NCBI GenBank assembly: GCA_050613775.1
Contig: JBODTK010000141.1
Span: forward strand, 248,001 to 312,000
Length of the DNA: 64,000 nucleotides
Source: Neocallimastix sp. 'constans'
Lineage: Eukaryota
Direction: 5' to 3'
Positions 12,913 to 30,854 of this stretch are shown here, piece by piece. The notes below the pieces were generated by a model, which was not told the origin of the DNA, ran no database searches, and saw only the letters and a list, made by a program, of their open reading frames with translations. Both the position numbers and the translations under genes were made by a program. The number at the start of each line of letters is the position of its first letter. The first letter of the stretch is position 1.

Positions 12913-14598
12913 TTAAGTTGATGAAGTAGTTGAATTTATTGTTTGTTGTTGTTGCATTTGTTGTTGTTGTAATAATTGTTGACGTTGTAAAGCTATGGCC
13001 TGTTGAAATAACAAGTGTTGTTGTTGCTGAGTTAAATTATTAACGGCAATAGCGTTAGTATTAGCATTTATATTACGATTAACGACATTAACAGCCGCAG
13101 CGGCTGAATTAAATTGTTGAATAGTTGAATGGTCAACACACCAATGACGATGACCAGTGATCCAAGCAGCCTTTTGACATTCGCGTGAACAATAAGCATT
13201 AACTTGACAACGACCACATTTAGAGAATTCTCTTGGATAGGATTCCATTTTTAAGCAATTAAGATTTGAACACATTCTTAAATTTTGACTGTTCTTCTTA
13301 AAAGCATTACGCATGATAATAGTCGCCCAGTAACGAACTTCTGGTGGATGGGAAGAAGTAGTAAAGAATTCAATAAGTTGATAGATACCTTGTTCCATAT
13401 GACTTTGATTACTCATGATACTACGAATATCACTATATTTACAGGTACAAGCAATCACTTTAAGTGCTAAAACAAAATCTTCAATTGAAAACTTTAATTT
13501 CTTGAAAATACTAGGATAGATTTCTGAAAGATTCAAAATCTTATAAACATTACCAGCCATATTTTGACCATTTTGACCATTAGAAAATACGGTGGAAGCT
13601 TCTGAATTATTTAAAGAATTAGTTAATTCATTAGTATTTTCAATCATTGGTTGAGGTTGTTGTGGGATTGGATTTGCAATAAGATCAAGATTATTTGTAC
13701 CTTCTTGGATATTTACAGTTTCATTAGTTTCTTCATTAGTATTTGTAGAATTATTAGTTTCACCTTGCTTCTTAACATGATGCCACATATACTTTACAAT
13801 ATTTTGTTTGTAACAATAGAAAGAAAGAAATTCTTGTTGAGTCGGTGAACTACTTCCTGATAAACTACTGTTGCTACTATTACTACTATTACAACTACTA
13901 CCACCACTGCTACGACGACGACGACGTCCTCCGATTATTAATGGAGAAATATCAGCAGCAACATTAACATTATCACTAGTACTATTAGCGGATAACGCTA
14001 TTTCATTATATAAATAACTTTGATTCTTGGGGGAAGCTGATAGTGTATTATTGCATAAGGATGAAGTATTAATACTAATTTCATCATTAAGATCAGAAGA
14101 ATTTGAAGTATTTTCATTTTCATTAATGGACGAATCAGAATGTTCATTACCATAAACTAATTGGGGAGATTCAGTTTGATTGTTAAGATACATTTCGATT
14201 TGTTCCTTTTGAATAAGTTCAACAACCTTTTGGAATTGTAATAAAAGACATTCAACAATAATTGGAATTGTACCGGAATAAATAATCTTTCTTCTTATTT
14301 TTCCATTACCACGAATGGCCGTAATAGCTAAACAACGAAAAGCCAATGACCATATTTTATTGTTCATATTTCTATATTTTCTGTTTTTTAATATACATAC
14401 AAGTTGTTCAACTGCACCATCTTTGGCTATTTGTTCTCTTATTTTCTTTGAAATAGTACAAAGAGTTAATAAATTAGTTAAACTAATACTTAATGGAAGT
14501 GCAGAAATACTATCAAGAGCACGACGATCATAGGAATTACTTGTTATGACAATTGCTGCTCTATTTAAAGCGAAGTTTGAAAAATTTGCTTCTCTCAT
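12913..14598 (-). CDS. MUB1: MYND-type zinc-finger protein Mub1/SamB (intronless, 561 aa)
   Basis: N-terminus MREANF..ITSNSYDRRALD, ARM-like region, YWATIIMRN, and C-terminal MYND finger CSNLNC..FSKCGRC..YCSRECQKAAW..HRHWC. Confidence 0.92.
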   Translation of the reverse strand: MREANFSNFALNRAAIVITSNSYDRRALDSISALPLSISLTNLLTLCTISKKIREQIAKDGAVEQLVCILKNRKYRNMNNKIWSLAFRCLAITAIRGNGKIRRKIIYSGTIPIIVECLLLQFQKVVELIQKEQIEMYLNNQTESPQLVYGNEHSDSSINENENTSNSSDLNDEISINTSSLCNNTLSASPKNQSYLYNEIALSANSTSDNVNVAADISPLIIGGRRRRRSSGGSSCNSSNSSNSSLSGSSSPTQQEFLSFYCYKQNIVKYMWHHVKKQGETNNSTNTNEETNETVNIQEGTNNLDLIANPIPQQPQPMIENTNELTNSLNNSEASTVFSNGQNGQNMAGNVYKILNLSEIYPSIFKKLKFSIEDFVLALKVIACTCKYSDIRSIMSNQSHMEQGIYQLIEFFTTSSHPPEVRYWATIIMRNAFKKNSQNLRMCSNLNCLKMESYPREFSKCGRCQVNAYCSRECQKAAWITGHRHWCVDHSTIQQFNSAAAAVNVVNRNINANTNAIAVNNLTQQQQHLLFQQAIALQRQQLLQQQQMQQQQTINSTTSST

Positions 14599-14706
14599 TT
14601 TTATTTAATTAATAATATTATATATTTTAAAAATAAAATAACTTTTTACTATTTATTATTGATTTTAATTCTGTTTAATTTTTATTATTTAAAATTTAAT
14701 ATATTT

Positions 14707-14739
<33 letters not shown>

Positions 14740-17700
14740 TACTTTGTTTCTTTATTTTACTATTTATTATTTATTTAGTTTAGTTTGCTTTTTATTTTGT
14801 TGATTATTTTTGCTATTTATTACTTTTCATAAAATTGACACGTATATATTTAAGAGTATATATGTAAAATAAATTGTAAAAAATTTTTATTAAAATTTCT
14901 TTTTTAAAAAAAAAATATACTTTTAATATATACATATATTTTTTTGTAATTGGCAAAATTTATAATATATATTTGCTTTTTTTATATTTAATAAAATTTC
15001 TTACAAATATCTTTCACTTTTAATTTAATCTAAAAATGAAAAATAATATAAAAAAAGGAATATATATTATGTGAAAATAACTTTTTTTTGTATATATAAA
15101 TTAAAAAAAACAATTATAAATATATATATAAAATTTAAAAAAATATATATATAAAAATTTTACAAGAAAAAAATAAAACTATATATAAAGAAAAAGGAAA
15201 AAGTTAAAATTAAACCTTGTAATTTATTTATACTGCAATATTAATTATTTTATTGCTTAATTTTTTAAATAAAATTAAATTACTCCTTTTTATGAATTTA
15301 TTGTCCTTTATATATCATTAAAATTTTATTTCTCTTGTATATTTTCTTTTATAATCCTATTTTTTTTTTATATTACTATGATAATAATATTGTTGATATA
15401 ATTATTGATATTTCTTTATTTATTTTCCCACTTATTTAATTATTTTAGTTTATGTTTTTATAAATATGGGATTAAAAAAAAATTTGTTCGATATAAAAAT
15501 TTTTTTTATTTCTTTTCCTTTTATTTTTCTTTTTTATTAATTTATTAAATTTTATTTTTTATTTATTTTTTATTTTAAAATTTTTATTTTAGTTTAAATT
15601 TCAGTTATTTCATTTATTATTTTATTTTAATTGATTTTTATTTTATTTTAATTTTTATTTTAATTGATTTTTATTTTAATTGATTTTTATTATTTATTAT
15701 TTTATTATTATTTTTGTTTATTTTTTATTTAAAAAAAAAATTAATACATTATTATATTTATATATTCATTTTTTTAAAAAAATATATATATATATAAAAA
15801 TTTTTTCTACTTTCCCTGAAAATTTCTATAATATATATTATCAATATATTAAATATATATTATAATATATAGATTAATATATGAAAATATATTAAAGAAT
15901 GTAATATTAGCATTTTTAATAATATTTTTACTATTATGCAAAAAAAAAAAAAAAGATGGATTTAAGGGTAATACAAGTAGAATTATTAAATATAGCCTAT
16001 TAATATAGTAATATATTATAGTATAATATAATATATTGTAATTATAAATTAAAATTTATATGAGTAAATAAATATTAAAATTTCTATGTGTAAATGATAT
16101 ATTAATATATAATTAATAAAGTTTTTTTTATATAAAATTACAAAATTACAGAAAAGGAATAGTTTAATTGTTATTTTTTAAAAATTAGTCTTTCAATGAA
16201 AAAAAAAAAAGCCATACCATTAATCATTAATCATTTTTTATTTTGTTAATATTACCAATTAACAAAATATTAATTATTTAAATTATTATAATTAATATGA
16301 TAATTATTATTTATTTTTTTATTTATTTATTTATTTATTTATTTATAATTTATTTATTTATCTATTATTTATTTATTATTAACTTATTTTTTTATTATTT
16401 ATTTATTTATCTTTTATTTATTTATTAATAACTTATTTAATTATTATTTATTTATTATTAACTTATTTATTATTTGTAATTCAATATTTATTTATTATTT
16501 ACTTATTTACTTATTATTTATTATTTATTACTTATTATTTATTATTTATTATTTATTATTTATTATTTATTATTTATTATTTATTATTTATTATTTATTA
16601 TTTATTTATTTATTTATTTATTATTCATTATTTATTTTTTATTATTTATTATTTATTATTATTTATTATTTATTTATTATTTTATTCATTATTTATTATT
16701 TGTTATAACTTATTATAAATTGAAATAATTATAATCATAGTTATATCAATAGCTATTTATTATTATCAACTATCTATCACTAATAACAGTATATTACCTT
16801 AATAATCAACTTTTAAAGGTAATTTATAAATAAATTAATAGTATATTATAGATTTAAATTAACTAATAACTTTAATATTAATTAGTAGGTTTAACAAGCC
16901 TTCTTTTGCTTACTTTTTTTTTTACTATTTTTGTTAAATATTATAATAATAAAAAAAAACATTTAATGACAATTTCCTTTTTTAGTTAATACAGCTAAAT
17001 AAACATTATATATTTACATATATATTACAAAAAAAAAAATAATATAATATTAATAATCAAACTCTTATATGATATTAAGAATATAGAATTGACCCTTAAA
17101 ATACAAAATGTAATTACTAATTATGGCAATTTTTTTAATAAATGTAACAATAATAAATAAATAAATGAAAAAAAAAAAAAAATTTTTTTAATTTTGTAAT
17201 CTATATTAAAAAGAAAATCAACAAAAAAAAAAAAAATTAATAGTAAATCATAATAAATAAAATTTTTAAAAGCCTTTTCTTAATTATATCGGTCATAATA
17301 TATAACTTTTTTTTTTAGATTCTATTAATTTTTAATAATTAATAATTATTTATTACCATACTAATAGTATATAATAAATGTTTAATGAAGATATTATAAA
17401 TGTTTGACAAGATTATAATGAATATTTAAATATATGAATAAATAAATATGTAAAGTATAAAATAATAATACTGAAAATGATTATTAAAATAAAACTTCTA
17501 TTTAATGATAAATCAAAGCAAATATAAATTTATTTTATATAGAATAGTAAATTTTTTTTAATGTTTCTGTAATTATATAAAAAGCCAAAAGCCGTTTTAA
17601 TAAAATTTTATAAATTATTAAAAATAGACAATCATTTATTATTTATTATTTAGTTTATATATTTATTATTTAATATTTAATTATTATCAATTATTATTTA

Positions 17701-18128
17701 TTTTTTTTTTTTTAATTTTTAATCATTATTAACTATTATTCATTATTTATTATTTAATCATTATTTATTATTAATTATTTATTATTTATTATTTATTATT
17801 TATTATTTATTATTCAATTATTTATTATTAATTATTTATTATTTATCATTAATTTATTAATTTTTTTTAAATTAAAAAAAAAAAAAAAAAAAAAATATTT
17901 TATATTTAATGATATCATAATGCAAGATTAAAATATTTAAATAAAAAATAAAAAATAGAAAAAAATTCCGCTTTTAAAAATTTAAATTTTTTTTTTTTAC
18001 TTTTCATGCAATATTACATCAACGAATTATATATTCTTTTCTTCGAATGTGAATGTGCATGCAAATTTGCAGAAATGCACAGAAGTTAACATCTTTTAAA
18101 TTAATAATCACAATATAATAAATTAAAA

Positions 18129-18165
<37 letters not shown>

Positions 18166-18931
18166 CAAGAATATATAAATATTAATATTATGAATAACTA
18201 ATCAATCAAAAATTATATAAATAATATATATAAGTAATTATTAAATACTCTATTAATATTTAAATAAGTATCAAAATAAAAGGTTAGTAACTGAGTTATA
18301 TTGAAAATATATGTTTAATATATAATATATAATATATAATATATATACCTTGAATAAAGATTGTAATAATATCAAATATCATATATGATATGATTATTTT
18401 ATGAAAAAGCTTTTTAATTTTTTTTTTCCTTACTTTTAATTCTCATATTTTTTTTATGTTTAGTAAGAATTATATTTTACGTATATGTATATATATATAT
18501 ATATTTTAACACTATATTATATAATTATATATAAATAAAAATAAATAATTAAATCCTATTTAAAAAAAAAAAATAAAAATAAAATAATTATTCAATATTA
18601 ATCGAAATATTTCTATATATGGAAAGTTGTATAAAATTTTTTTTTTTTTTGAAATTATCAAATTTGGCAAAAATTGTTCATTCAATAATTATTATTTCCT
18701 ACAAATTATTATAAGATCCATTCGATACTTCGAAGTAATAATTAAAAGTATTACTTCATTAAAGAAATATTAAACGATATTTCATAAATATATAGATTTA
18801 TACATCAGAAATAAATTTATATTATTCTTTTTATCTATATTCAAAATGAAAGTTCAAGCATTTTATAATAAATATTATATAATTAAAATAGATAAATGAT
18901 TAATTCATAAATTATTATTTATGATTTATGA

Positions 18932-19355
18932 TTTTTTTTTTGACTGAAATTAACGAAAGGCAAGGACAATAGGGCCACCAGTCTCTCCCATAAAGGTATC
19001 AGACTCTCATTGAACTCTTTGCCATACTGTTTTGGCGTCGACGCGGATCTTTCTCTAAGCAAGGCTAATATGAAAGGCATTTCCTATATGTTATTTTATA
19101 CAATGGGCTTCTTTTCAGTAATTTCTTAAATCATCACCAAGGGAGAAACTACTACTCCTCTTACTGATCAAGTACTTTATGTACTAGCAATTGTATAGTC
19201 TAACAACAGGAATACTAATCAAGGTGAGCAAACATCCTAAAAGGAATGAAAAACGCCCATATAAATTCAGGAAGTAGTGTCGAATCAATCCAGAAACCTT
19301 GTGTGTGTTATTTCCTGGTACTAACCACCAGGATAAAAGCAGGAAAGACATTTAA
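18932..19355 (-). mobile_element. 5'-truncated 3' end of a poly(A) retroelement (probably LINE)
   Basis: GC-richer island ending on the minus strand in CTGGTGGCCCTATTGTCC..TCGTTAATTTCAGTC + A10 + (AAATCAT)2. The same terminal motif recurs at 60546-60598. Confidence 0.6.
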
Positions 19356-20981
19356 ATTTTATTATTTAATTATTTTATTATTCATCATCTATTATTTATT
19401 ATTTATTATTTATTATTTATTATTTATTTATTAAAATAATACATTTTATTACATTACATTACATCACGATACAAAATAAAATTAATAATTATAATAAATT
19501 TTCAGTATTTAATTATTTATTAGGATTAAACCCTTAAAAAATAATATATTATATATATTTTCATATTTAAATATAATATTCATCTGTATATTATATTAAT
19601 ATTTTAAACTAATCAATATAAATTTCTCTACCAATTATAAAAATAGATTAATAATATATTTTAATATTTAATAAGGTTTAAAAACTTATGATGATTATAA
19701 CTATAAAAGATAATATATAATTAATATATTAGAATATAATGATTTAATTTAAATATAAATTAAAATTTTAATTTAAATATAGAATTAATTTTTATAATAA
19801 GAATTTCCTTTTTTAAGCATTTTATAACCATATTTGGAAATAAAATGCACAACTCTTATATAATATAAAAATAATTTTATTGGTATACAAATATTTCCAC
19901 GATTTTTTTTATTTATTTATTAAATAAACAATTTAATTAAAAACCTATAACCAATATATTTCATTTGTATTTAATAATAAAAATCCATAAAATTTTCTAA
20001 TATCTTCTTATTTTTTAACTTTCCACTATTTAATTTTTTTTTTTTATATATATCTAAATTAAAATAAAATAAAATAAAATAAAATAAATAATAATAATAA
20101 TAATGAAATGAAATAAAAAATAAGGATAATTAAAAAAATAAAAAAAAAGCTGAAAAAAAGGAAATTATTTAATAAATTTCTTTTTATCATTATAAATAGT
20201 ATATTCATTTAACCCAATAGAATTAATGCTTCTAAATATCAACAATATTTTTATCTATCTATAACCCACATGAAACAATTTAAATGCTTTATATATATTA
20301 ATTATTCTATTTTTTCTAAAAAAAAGAAAAAAAGAACTTTTTAAATATCAGTTTAATAATATTATATATATTTATTTATAAATTAGTCATTGATATATGT
20401 TAAAATACATAAAATACATGAATATTTATATCATGTGATACAATATTCATTTATTAAAATATTTGATTGATAAAAAAAAAAGTTATTAATTTCCTTTAAT
20501 GTCAATTGTTCAAATATTAAAAAAATAAAAAATAAAAATAAAAAAATATAAAAGTTTTTTTATTTTAAAAGTCATAATGAACAAATTGGAATTTTAATTT
20601 ATACAATACATATTTATTAAATCCATTAATTAATAATAAAATATTTTTGGTAACTCTTAAAAAGTTAATTATTATAGAATAGTGATACAACATTCAGATG
20701 AACTGGATAATATTAATATGTCTGATTACTTTATAACCCTAATTTATTCTTTTCTAATGAAGATAACTTCATTAGAAAAGAACAAATAAATAAATATAAT
20801 TAATAAATATTAACAATTATAATAAATTAATTATAATAATAGTATTGAAATGTTAATAATATTAAATTATAACAATAATATTGAAAATTAAATGTATTAT
20901 TTTTAATTTACTAATTCTAAAATAAATTAATATTAAAATGGTTTATCTATCCTAATTTTTAACTAGAATATTGACATGTTA

Positions 20982-21152
<171 letters not shown>

Positions 21153-23203
21153 TTGAAGTAACATATAAAATATATAAAATCCAAAATAATATTCAAACAT
21201 AAATAAAGCATATACATATGATAATTATCATATTTTGTTATTTATATATTATTATTTATTATTTATAATAAATATCAATACATGATATATACATTATTAT
21301 GATAATATATATATTTTTATTTTCTGAATTTTAAAAATATTATTTTTAACTACATATGTTCATCTATTAATAAATTTAAAATACTTATCAAAATAATAAT
21401 TTTATAATATTTATAACAATTATTTATTATTATTATTTACAAAAAAAATATATATATATATATATATATATATTTTATTCATCTTTATTAAAAATATAAT
21501 TATTTATTGCATTTTGGCCGCTATAAATTTAAACTTTTATTCCTATTAATTTTATTTTATTTATTATATATTATTATATTAATATATAAATAAGAAATTA
21601 AAAATAAAATAAAATAAATAAATAAATTTACAAAAGTAATAAAATGTACAATTAAAGAACTTTTTATTTAAACCTTTGATATGTTCTATTTTAATTAGAG
21701 ATTTTAATATTATGAATTATATAAATATATATAATAAATAATTTAAATAATTATATATATATATAATAAAAATAAAATAGAAATATTTAATAAAAAAAAA
21801 ATACATTTTATTTTTCCTTCTTTAATTTATTTCTTTAGTGTTTTTTAATTATATGTATTCTTAGTATATATGAAAATTCAATTCTTGTGGTAACTGATAA
21901 TTCTCTCTATGATATATAATATAAAGAATATTGTTAAATATAGTATGGAAATTATAAATAACATATTATGATGAAAGTTTTTCTTAATATAAAAGAACTA
22001 AAATAAATAAATAAACCCATAATGATAATGAAATATAAATATTATATTTTGATTTTTAAATGTTATTTTTTTATCCATAAATATATATGTAAAGAATAAT
22101 TTGAATATAATTTATTCATTATATTAAATGGTTAGGGTAATATATTAATAAAAATAATTTAAAAATTTTATTTATTATGAATTAGAAGTAATTTAAAAAA
22201 AAAAAAAAAAAAGATTGAAAGAACCAATAATTTATTTATAAATATTAATTATAAAAATATTTTATTATTTTTAATTATTTCAATAGTTTATATCAAGACC
22301 AATTATATATATGAAATATTTTATATATATATTTTTTACCAAAAAAAAAAAAATACAAAGAAATAATTTTAATAATAAATGTTTAGAAATATAGCTTTTT
22401 TTTTTTTTAAAATTATTCTATGTGAATTTCTAATAATGAAAATATAATTTATATTTTAATACATTGAAATATACTTAATTATTAATCGTTATAATTATTT
22501 TTTTTTATATGTGGATATAGAACATAAATTTTATTTATATATAGTATTTTAAAGCTAATATAAAAAAAAATATATATATATAATTTATAATTTATAATAT
22601 AATATAAAAATTTATATATTTATAATTATATAGATTTTTAATATAATTCATATTAATATTAAAATATATTATAAAAATTATAAAACATATATAGTTTTAA
22701 TAATTATAATTAAAGAAAGACCTTTTTTTCGTTTTTTATTTTTATAATTTAATTATATTTAATTTATATAGAATATTTAAATACTAAATAATATATTAAG
22801 TAAGGAACAAAAACAAAAATAAAACAAAGTTAAAAAAAAAAAAAAAAAAAGAGATAAAAGGAATAATAATATGCAATAAAAGAATTTTGGGAAATTATTC
22901 AAAACAAAAGAAATAAGATAATATATATAAAATTAAATAAAAAATAATAATAATTTCATTGTAATTTGAAATTTAATTATTATAAACAAGCTTTAGTAAT
23001 TTATAATATATAGATATTATTTAGTTCATTTTTATATTTAAAATAATAAATTTTAATGAATTTATTATTTTAATTTACTCTATGTAAATTATTGAAATTA
23101 AAGATAATAATAAATTTTATTATAAATATAATAAAATTTTAATTATACATTTCTTATTAAAGATATTATTTTAAGAGATTTCAGATTAAAGATGAATGAT
23201 TTA

Positions 23204-23266
<63 letters not shown>

Positions 23267-24038
23267 AGATATTAATATATGAAAGATCATTGAAGGTTTT
23301 ATGAAATTTGATAAAAAAAAAATAATCTCATATTTATATAAAATTTTAATTTGAAATGTGTTATTAATATCAGATTATTCTGATTAAAGAATTATTACTA
23401 ATCTTTTTTTTTTTTTTCTCATATTTTTTTTATTTTTTTTTTTATCAAATATTATTTATTATTAATATATATATTATATTAAAAAATAGTGATAGAAAAA
23501 AATAAATGAAATTTATTTTAAAAACGACAAATTCATGTAAAGAACAAATATAAACAAAATAAAAATAGTCAATATATTATTAAAATTAAATTGTAAAATA
23601 TTATATCAATAAGAAAGAAGATTTAAATATATATATTTATATATAACAATAAATTATTTAAAAGTATATTGCTTTTTTTTTTTTTTTTTTTTTTATAATT
23701 ATTTTTAAATATTAAGTATTTTATTATTACAATATTTATTATTTGAAATAATTTTAAAAAAGATATATATATCCTATTAAAAAAAAAAAAAAAAAAAAAA
23801 GAATAGGATATTTTAATATATATTACATATATACCAAAATATTGATGAAATTTAAAAGTCTTCAAAAATATTTATTACGTTAATTATTATTATATATTAT
23901 TTATATAAGATCTTATTATTTTAGTTATAATAAATAATAATAATAATTGTAAAAGTAAAAAAAAAAAAAAAAAAAAAGACAATTATAATAGAAATCTTAT
24001 ACACTTAAAATTTTATAATTAACTAATTAAAAATCCTA

Positions 24039-27022
<2,984 letters not shown>

Positions 27023-27138
27023 AAGAAAAGTTAAAAAAAAAAAAAAATAAAAAAAAATAGAAATAAAAATGAAATAAAATAAAATAAAAAGGTAAATAAA
27101 TTAGAAAATCAATAAAAATAAAAAAACCAAAAGGTAAA

Positions 27139-27169
<31 letters not shown>

Positions 27170-27353
27170 AATAAATAATATAAAACAATAAAATCATATT
27201 GTATATATATACAATTATATATATATTTATTATATTTAATGATATTTAATGATATATAAAACAAAATAGAAAATAGAAAAAAAAAATTTCAATATTGTCT
27301 CTTAATATAAATTAAAGTATTATCATTTTTTTATATTTTCTTTTTTTCTTTTT

Positions 27354-27387
<34 letters not shown>

Positions 27388-27616
27388 TTCTATTTTTTAT
27401 TTATTGTATTTATTGTTATTAATTTTTATTTATTAGTATTTTTTAACTTTGTCTGATTTTAATTTAAAGAAAGAAAAAAAATATAAAAGTTAAATAAAAA
27501 AAGTAATGATAATTTTGAAAATCAAATGAATAAATAATAATAATAATTATTATAATAATAATAATATAAATAAATAAATAAATAAAATATATTTTAAATT
27601 AAGCATATTATATGAT

Positions 27617-27653
<37 letters not shown>

Positions 27654-27761
27654 TTTTAGTTAAAAAATAATTAAAAGGAAATAGACAATAATTAAAATAA
27701 TTAAATTTTTTTAAAATTTGGGTTAGATTTAATTATATTATATAAGAGATGTATATTAGTA

Positions 27762-27812
<51 letters not shown>

Positions 27813-27917
27813 GAAATTGTTGAAAATGTATATATATGTATAAATGTTAACCTTTTACAACAAAGAGAATCAACCTATATATCAAAGAAGAACCTCTATT
27901 ACTAGTCCTTTAAATTC

Positions 27918-28153
27918 GGGAGAGTTGCATTTCGCCAAGTGGAGTATTGATATAAATAAATGAATAAATAAATAAATATTAATTCAAAATATTTTTTTTT
28001 AAAATTGTTTTTATGGGATATTAATAATATTTAATTTTATTTATTTATTTATTTATTTAATAATTTTCAATTTGGCGAAATGCCACATTTTTAATACGCC
28101 ACATGCTTTCAAAAAAATTGGCTAAATGCAATCTGACGAAATGCCCCACACCC
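27918..28153. mobile_element. MITE, probably Mutator/MULE-derived (236 bp, 9-bp TSD)
   Basis: TSD TTTAAATTC at 27909-27917 and 28154-28162. Termini GGGAGAGTTGCATTTCGCCA and TGACGAAATGCCCCACACCC. Subterminal motif TTGGCGAAATGC occurs in variants. Confidence 0.8.
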
Positions 28154-29669
28154 TTTAAATTCATCTAACACAAATAGTAATAATAGTTTCTTCACACAAC
28201 GAATCTATGGAAATAGATTCTCCTAATAATATATCTCTTTGTTGGAGGGTAGAGTTTAATGAATACTTCACTATCAGGCTTTATAAATATAAATGTTCTT
28301 TGCTTTATTTTTTTAAATATTTTTAAACATTATTTTAATTTATTTTTTTAAATATTTTTAAATATTTTTACAGTAGAAAACTTTCCAATTTACATCATAA
28401 TATATCATTAACTTTTTTAAGAATTTTCATTTTCATTGTATTACAATAACTTTATTTTTAATAAAATTTTATTTTATTTTATTTTTTTTTTTTTTAAAAA
28501 CTTTATTTTATATAGATACATTTATATATATATATATTTTTATTTCAATATATTTATAATGTATTTATTTCGATATTTTTTTTTAATTAAAAAAAATTAT
28601 ATATATATAAATTTATTTTATTATTTAGTGGATAAATTACATTATCTACATTTAAAAAATGCTATTTTTACTTTTTTATTTTATTATATATTTTTTTGTA
28701 GAAAGAAATAACTTCAATTTACATCATAAATACCATAAATCATTTTATATTTTATACTATTCATTATAATTTCATTAATATATATATTTATATATATTTT
28801 TTTATAAATTTTATTTTTAATAAAATTTTAATAATTATATTTTATTTAAATAATTATATATATATATATTCATTTTTTATTTTTTTATTTTTTAAATAAT
28901 TAATATATATTTTAAATAGTTAAGATGTAATAATAATAATAATAATAATAATAATATATATATTTTAAATAATTACAAATAATAATAATAATAATAATAA
29001 TAATTAATAATAAAAATTAATAATAAAAGTAATAATTCGGTGTTTATATTAGTATTATTTTATTAAATATAATGTTATCCTAACTGCAACAATATAATGC
29101 TTATTTAATTTTAAGTTTAAAATAAATAAATCAATGTAAAAAAAATATAATAGTTTTTTTGTTTTATATAGTAGTTAATATTATCAAATTGAATGAATAG
29201 GGAACTATTTTATTTTTATTATTACCAGTATTAGTTGCAATATTAAATAATAATAAATTAATACTTAATTGTTTAATATTATATAAATATTTTTATTTTA
29301 TATTATTTTAATTTTTTTTAATAATTATTTAATAAAAAACTTTAAATCTTAAATATATAATATTTAAAGTAATTTCATTTAATATAAATTGGTAAAAATA
29401 AATTTATAATTAAAAAAAAAAAAAAAAAAATTAAAAAATAAAAATATAAATCTATAAATAAATAATGCAATACCATCTCCCATTAAAACTAAAAAACTTT
29501 ATATCAATTATTAAATATATACTTTAATTTTAATATTTTGTAAAAAAATAAAAATAAATATTTTGTTTTATTTTTTATTCTTTTATCTTTTATCTAATTT
29601 CTGTCTATTATATATATATATAGATATAAAAATATATAAACAATAAAATATTTTAATGTTAATTTTTTA

Positions 29670-29755
<86 letters not shown>

Positions 29756-30055
29756 TAATAATAATAAAAAGAAATAATATAGATATATATATAAATTTAT
29801 TTGATTTATTTTTTGTAGTAATAATTGAATTATTATTTAATTATTTATATTATAAGAAAAAATATATTAAATATCATATATATATATTTATATATATTTT
29901 ATTTATTTTCTATAAATTGAAATTTAATTTTAAAATTCGCAATACATTGCAATTAAACTTTTATCTAATTTATTTTTATCTCTTTTTTTTTTTTTTTTTT
30001 ATTTTTTTTTGTTTTTGTTTAAAAAAAGAATAGATATTATTAACATTAGTAAAAT

Positions 30056-30088
<33 letters not shown>

Positions 30089-30812
30089 ATAAATTAAATT
30101 TATATATAATATTAATATATAATATTTAATATTGCAATTAATTATAATTTAGATATAAATTATCATATATATATTAAAATGTGAAATCTATATATAAATT
30201 TAATTTTTTTTTTATTTTACTTTACTAAAAATAAAATTATTTTAAAGATTACCAAAAAGTTAAAAAATTTACTTTTTTTTTATAGATTTTACTACTACTT
30301 TTTTTTTTTTTTATTAAATTTCATTTGATCTCGTTTTATTAGATTTGAATATATTAGAGATAAATGTAAATAAATTAATAATTGAATATGAAAGTTACAT
30401 TTAATTAATAGATATAATTAGTATTAAATAATAATAATAATAATAATAATAATATAAATAAATATAAATTATTATATTAATTAAATAAGAAATAATTATT
30501 AAATATTAATAAACTTTATTTTTTTTTTGTAAATTTCCTGTTTGATAAATCTATATTATTTTTTTTCTTTTAAAACTAATTTATTATTTTCTTATATATA
30601 TATTATATTAAATGTATAGTATATTCTGAATAATTACTGATCGTTTTTTTTATATATATATATATATTATTATTATTATTATTATTATTTCTTTTATCTT
30701 TATATAATTTTTAGTGTTCATCAATTTCAAATTTTTAATATTACTTAATCGTTATTATTATTAAATATATAGATTCATTTTTAATATATGCATTAATACA
30801 TTATTAAATTTA

Positions 30813-30854
<42 letters not shown>

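Noticed and set aside
18054..18081. Palindrome TGTGCAT-GCAAATTTGC-AGAA-ATGCACA containing ATGCAAAT
   Set aside because: Short, single occurrence and far from any gene start; no function can be supported.
18942..19119. RNase MRP/P-like RNA (ACTGAAA..TTTCAGT ends, ACAATGGGCTT)
   Set aside because: No matching 5' P4 strand and too short. The left end matches a repeated poly(A) retro terminus.
19314..19333. Telomerase-template-like CTAACC inside a CCTGGT..ACCAGG hairpin
   Set aside because: Only 6 nt, not a 1.5-repeat template, and it lies within a probable retroelement remnant.
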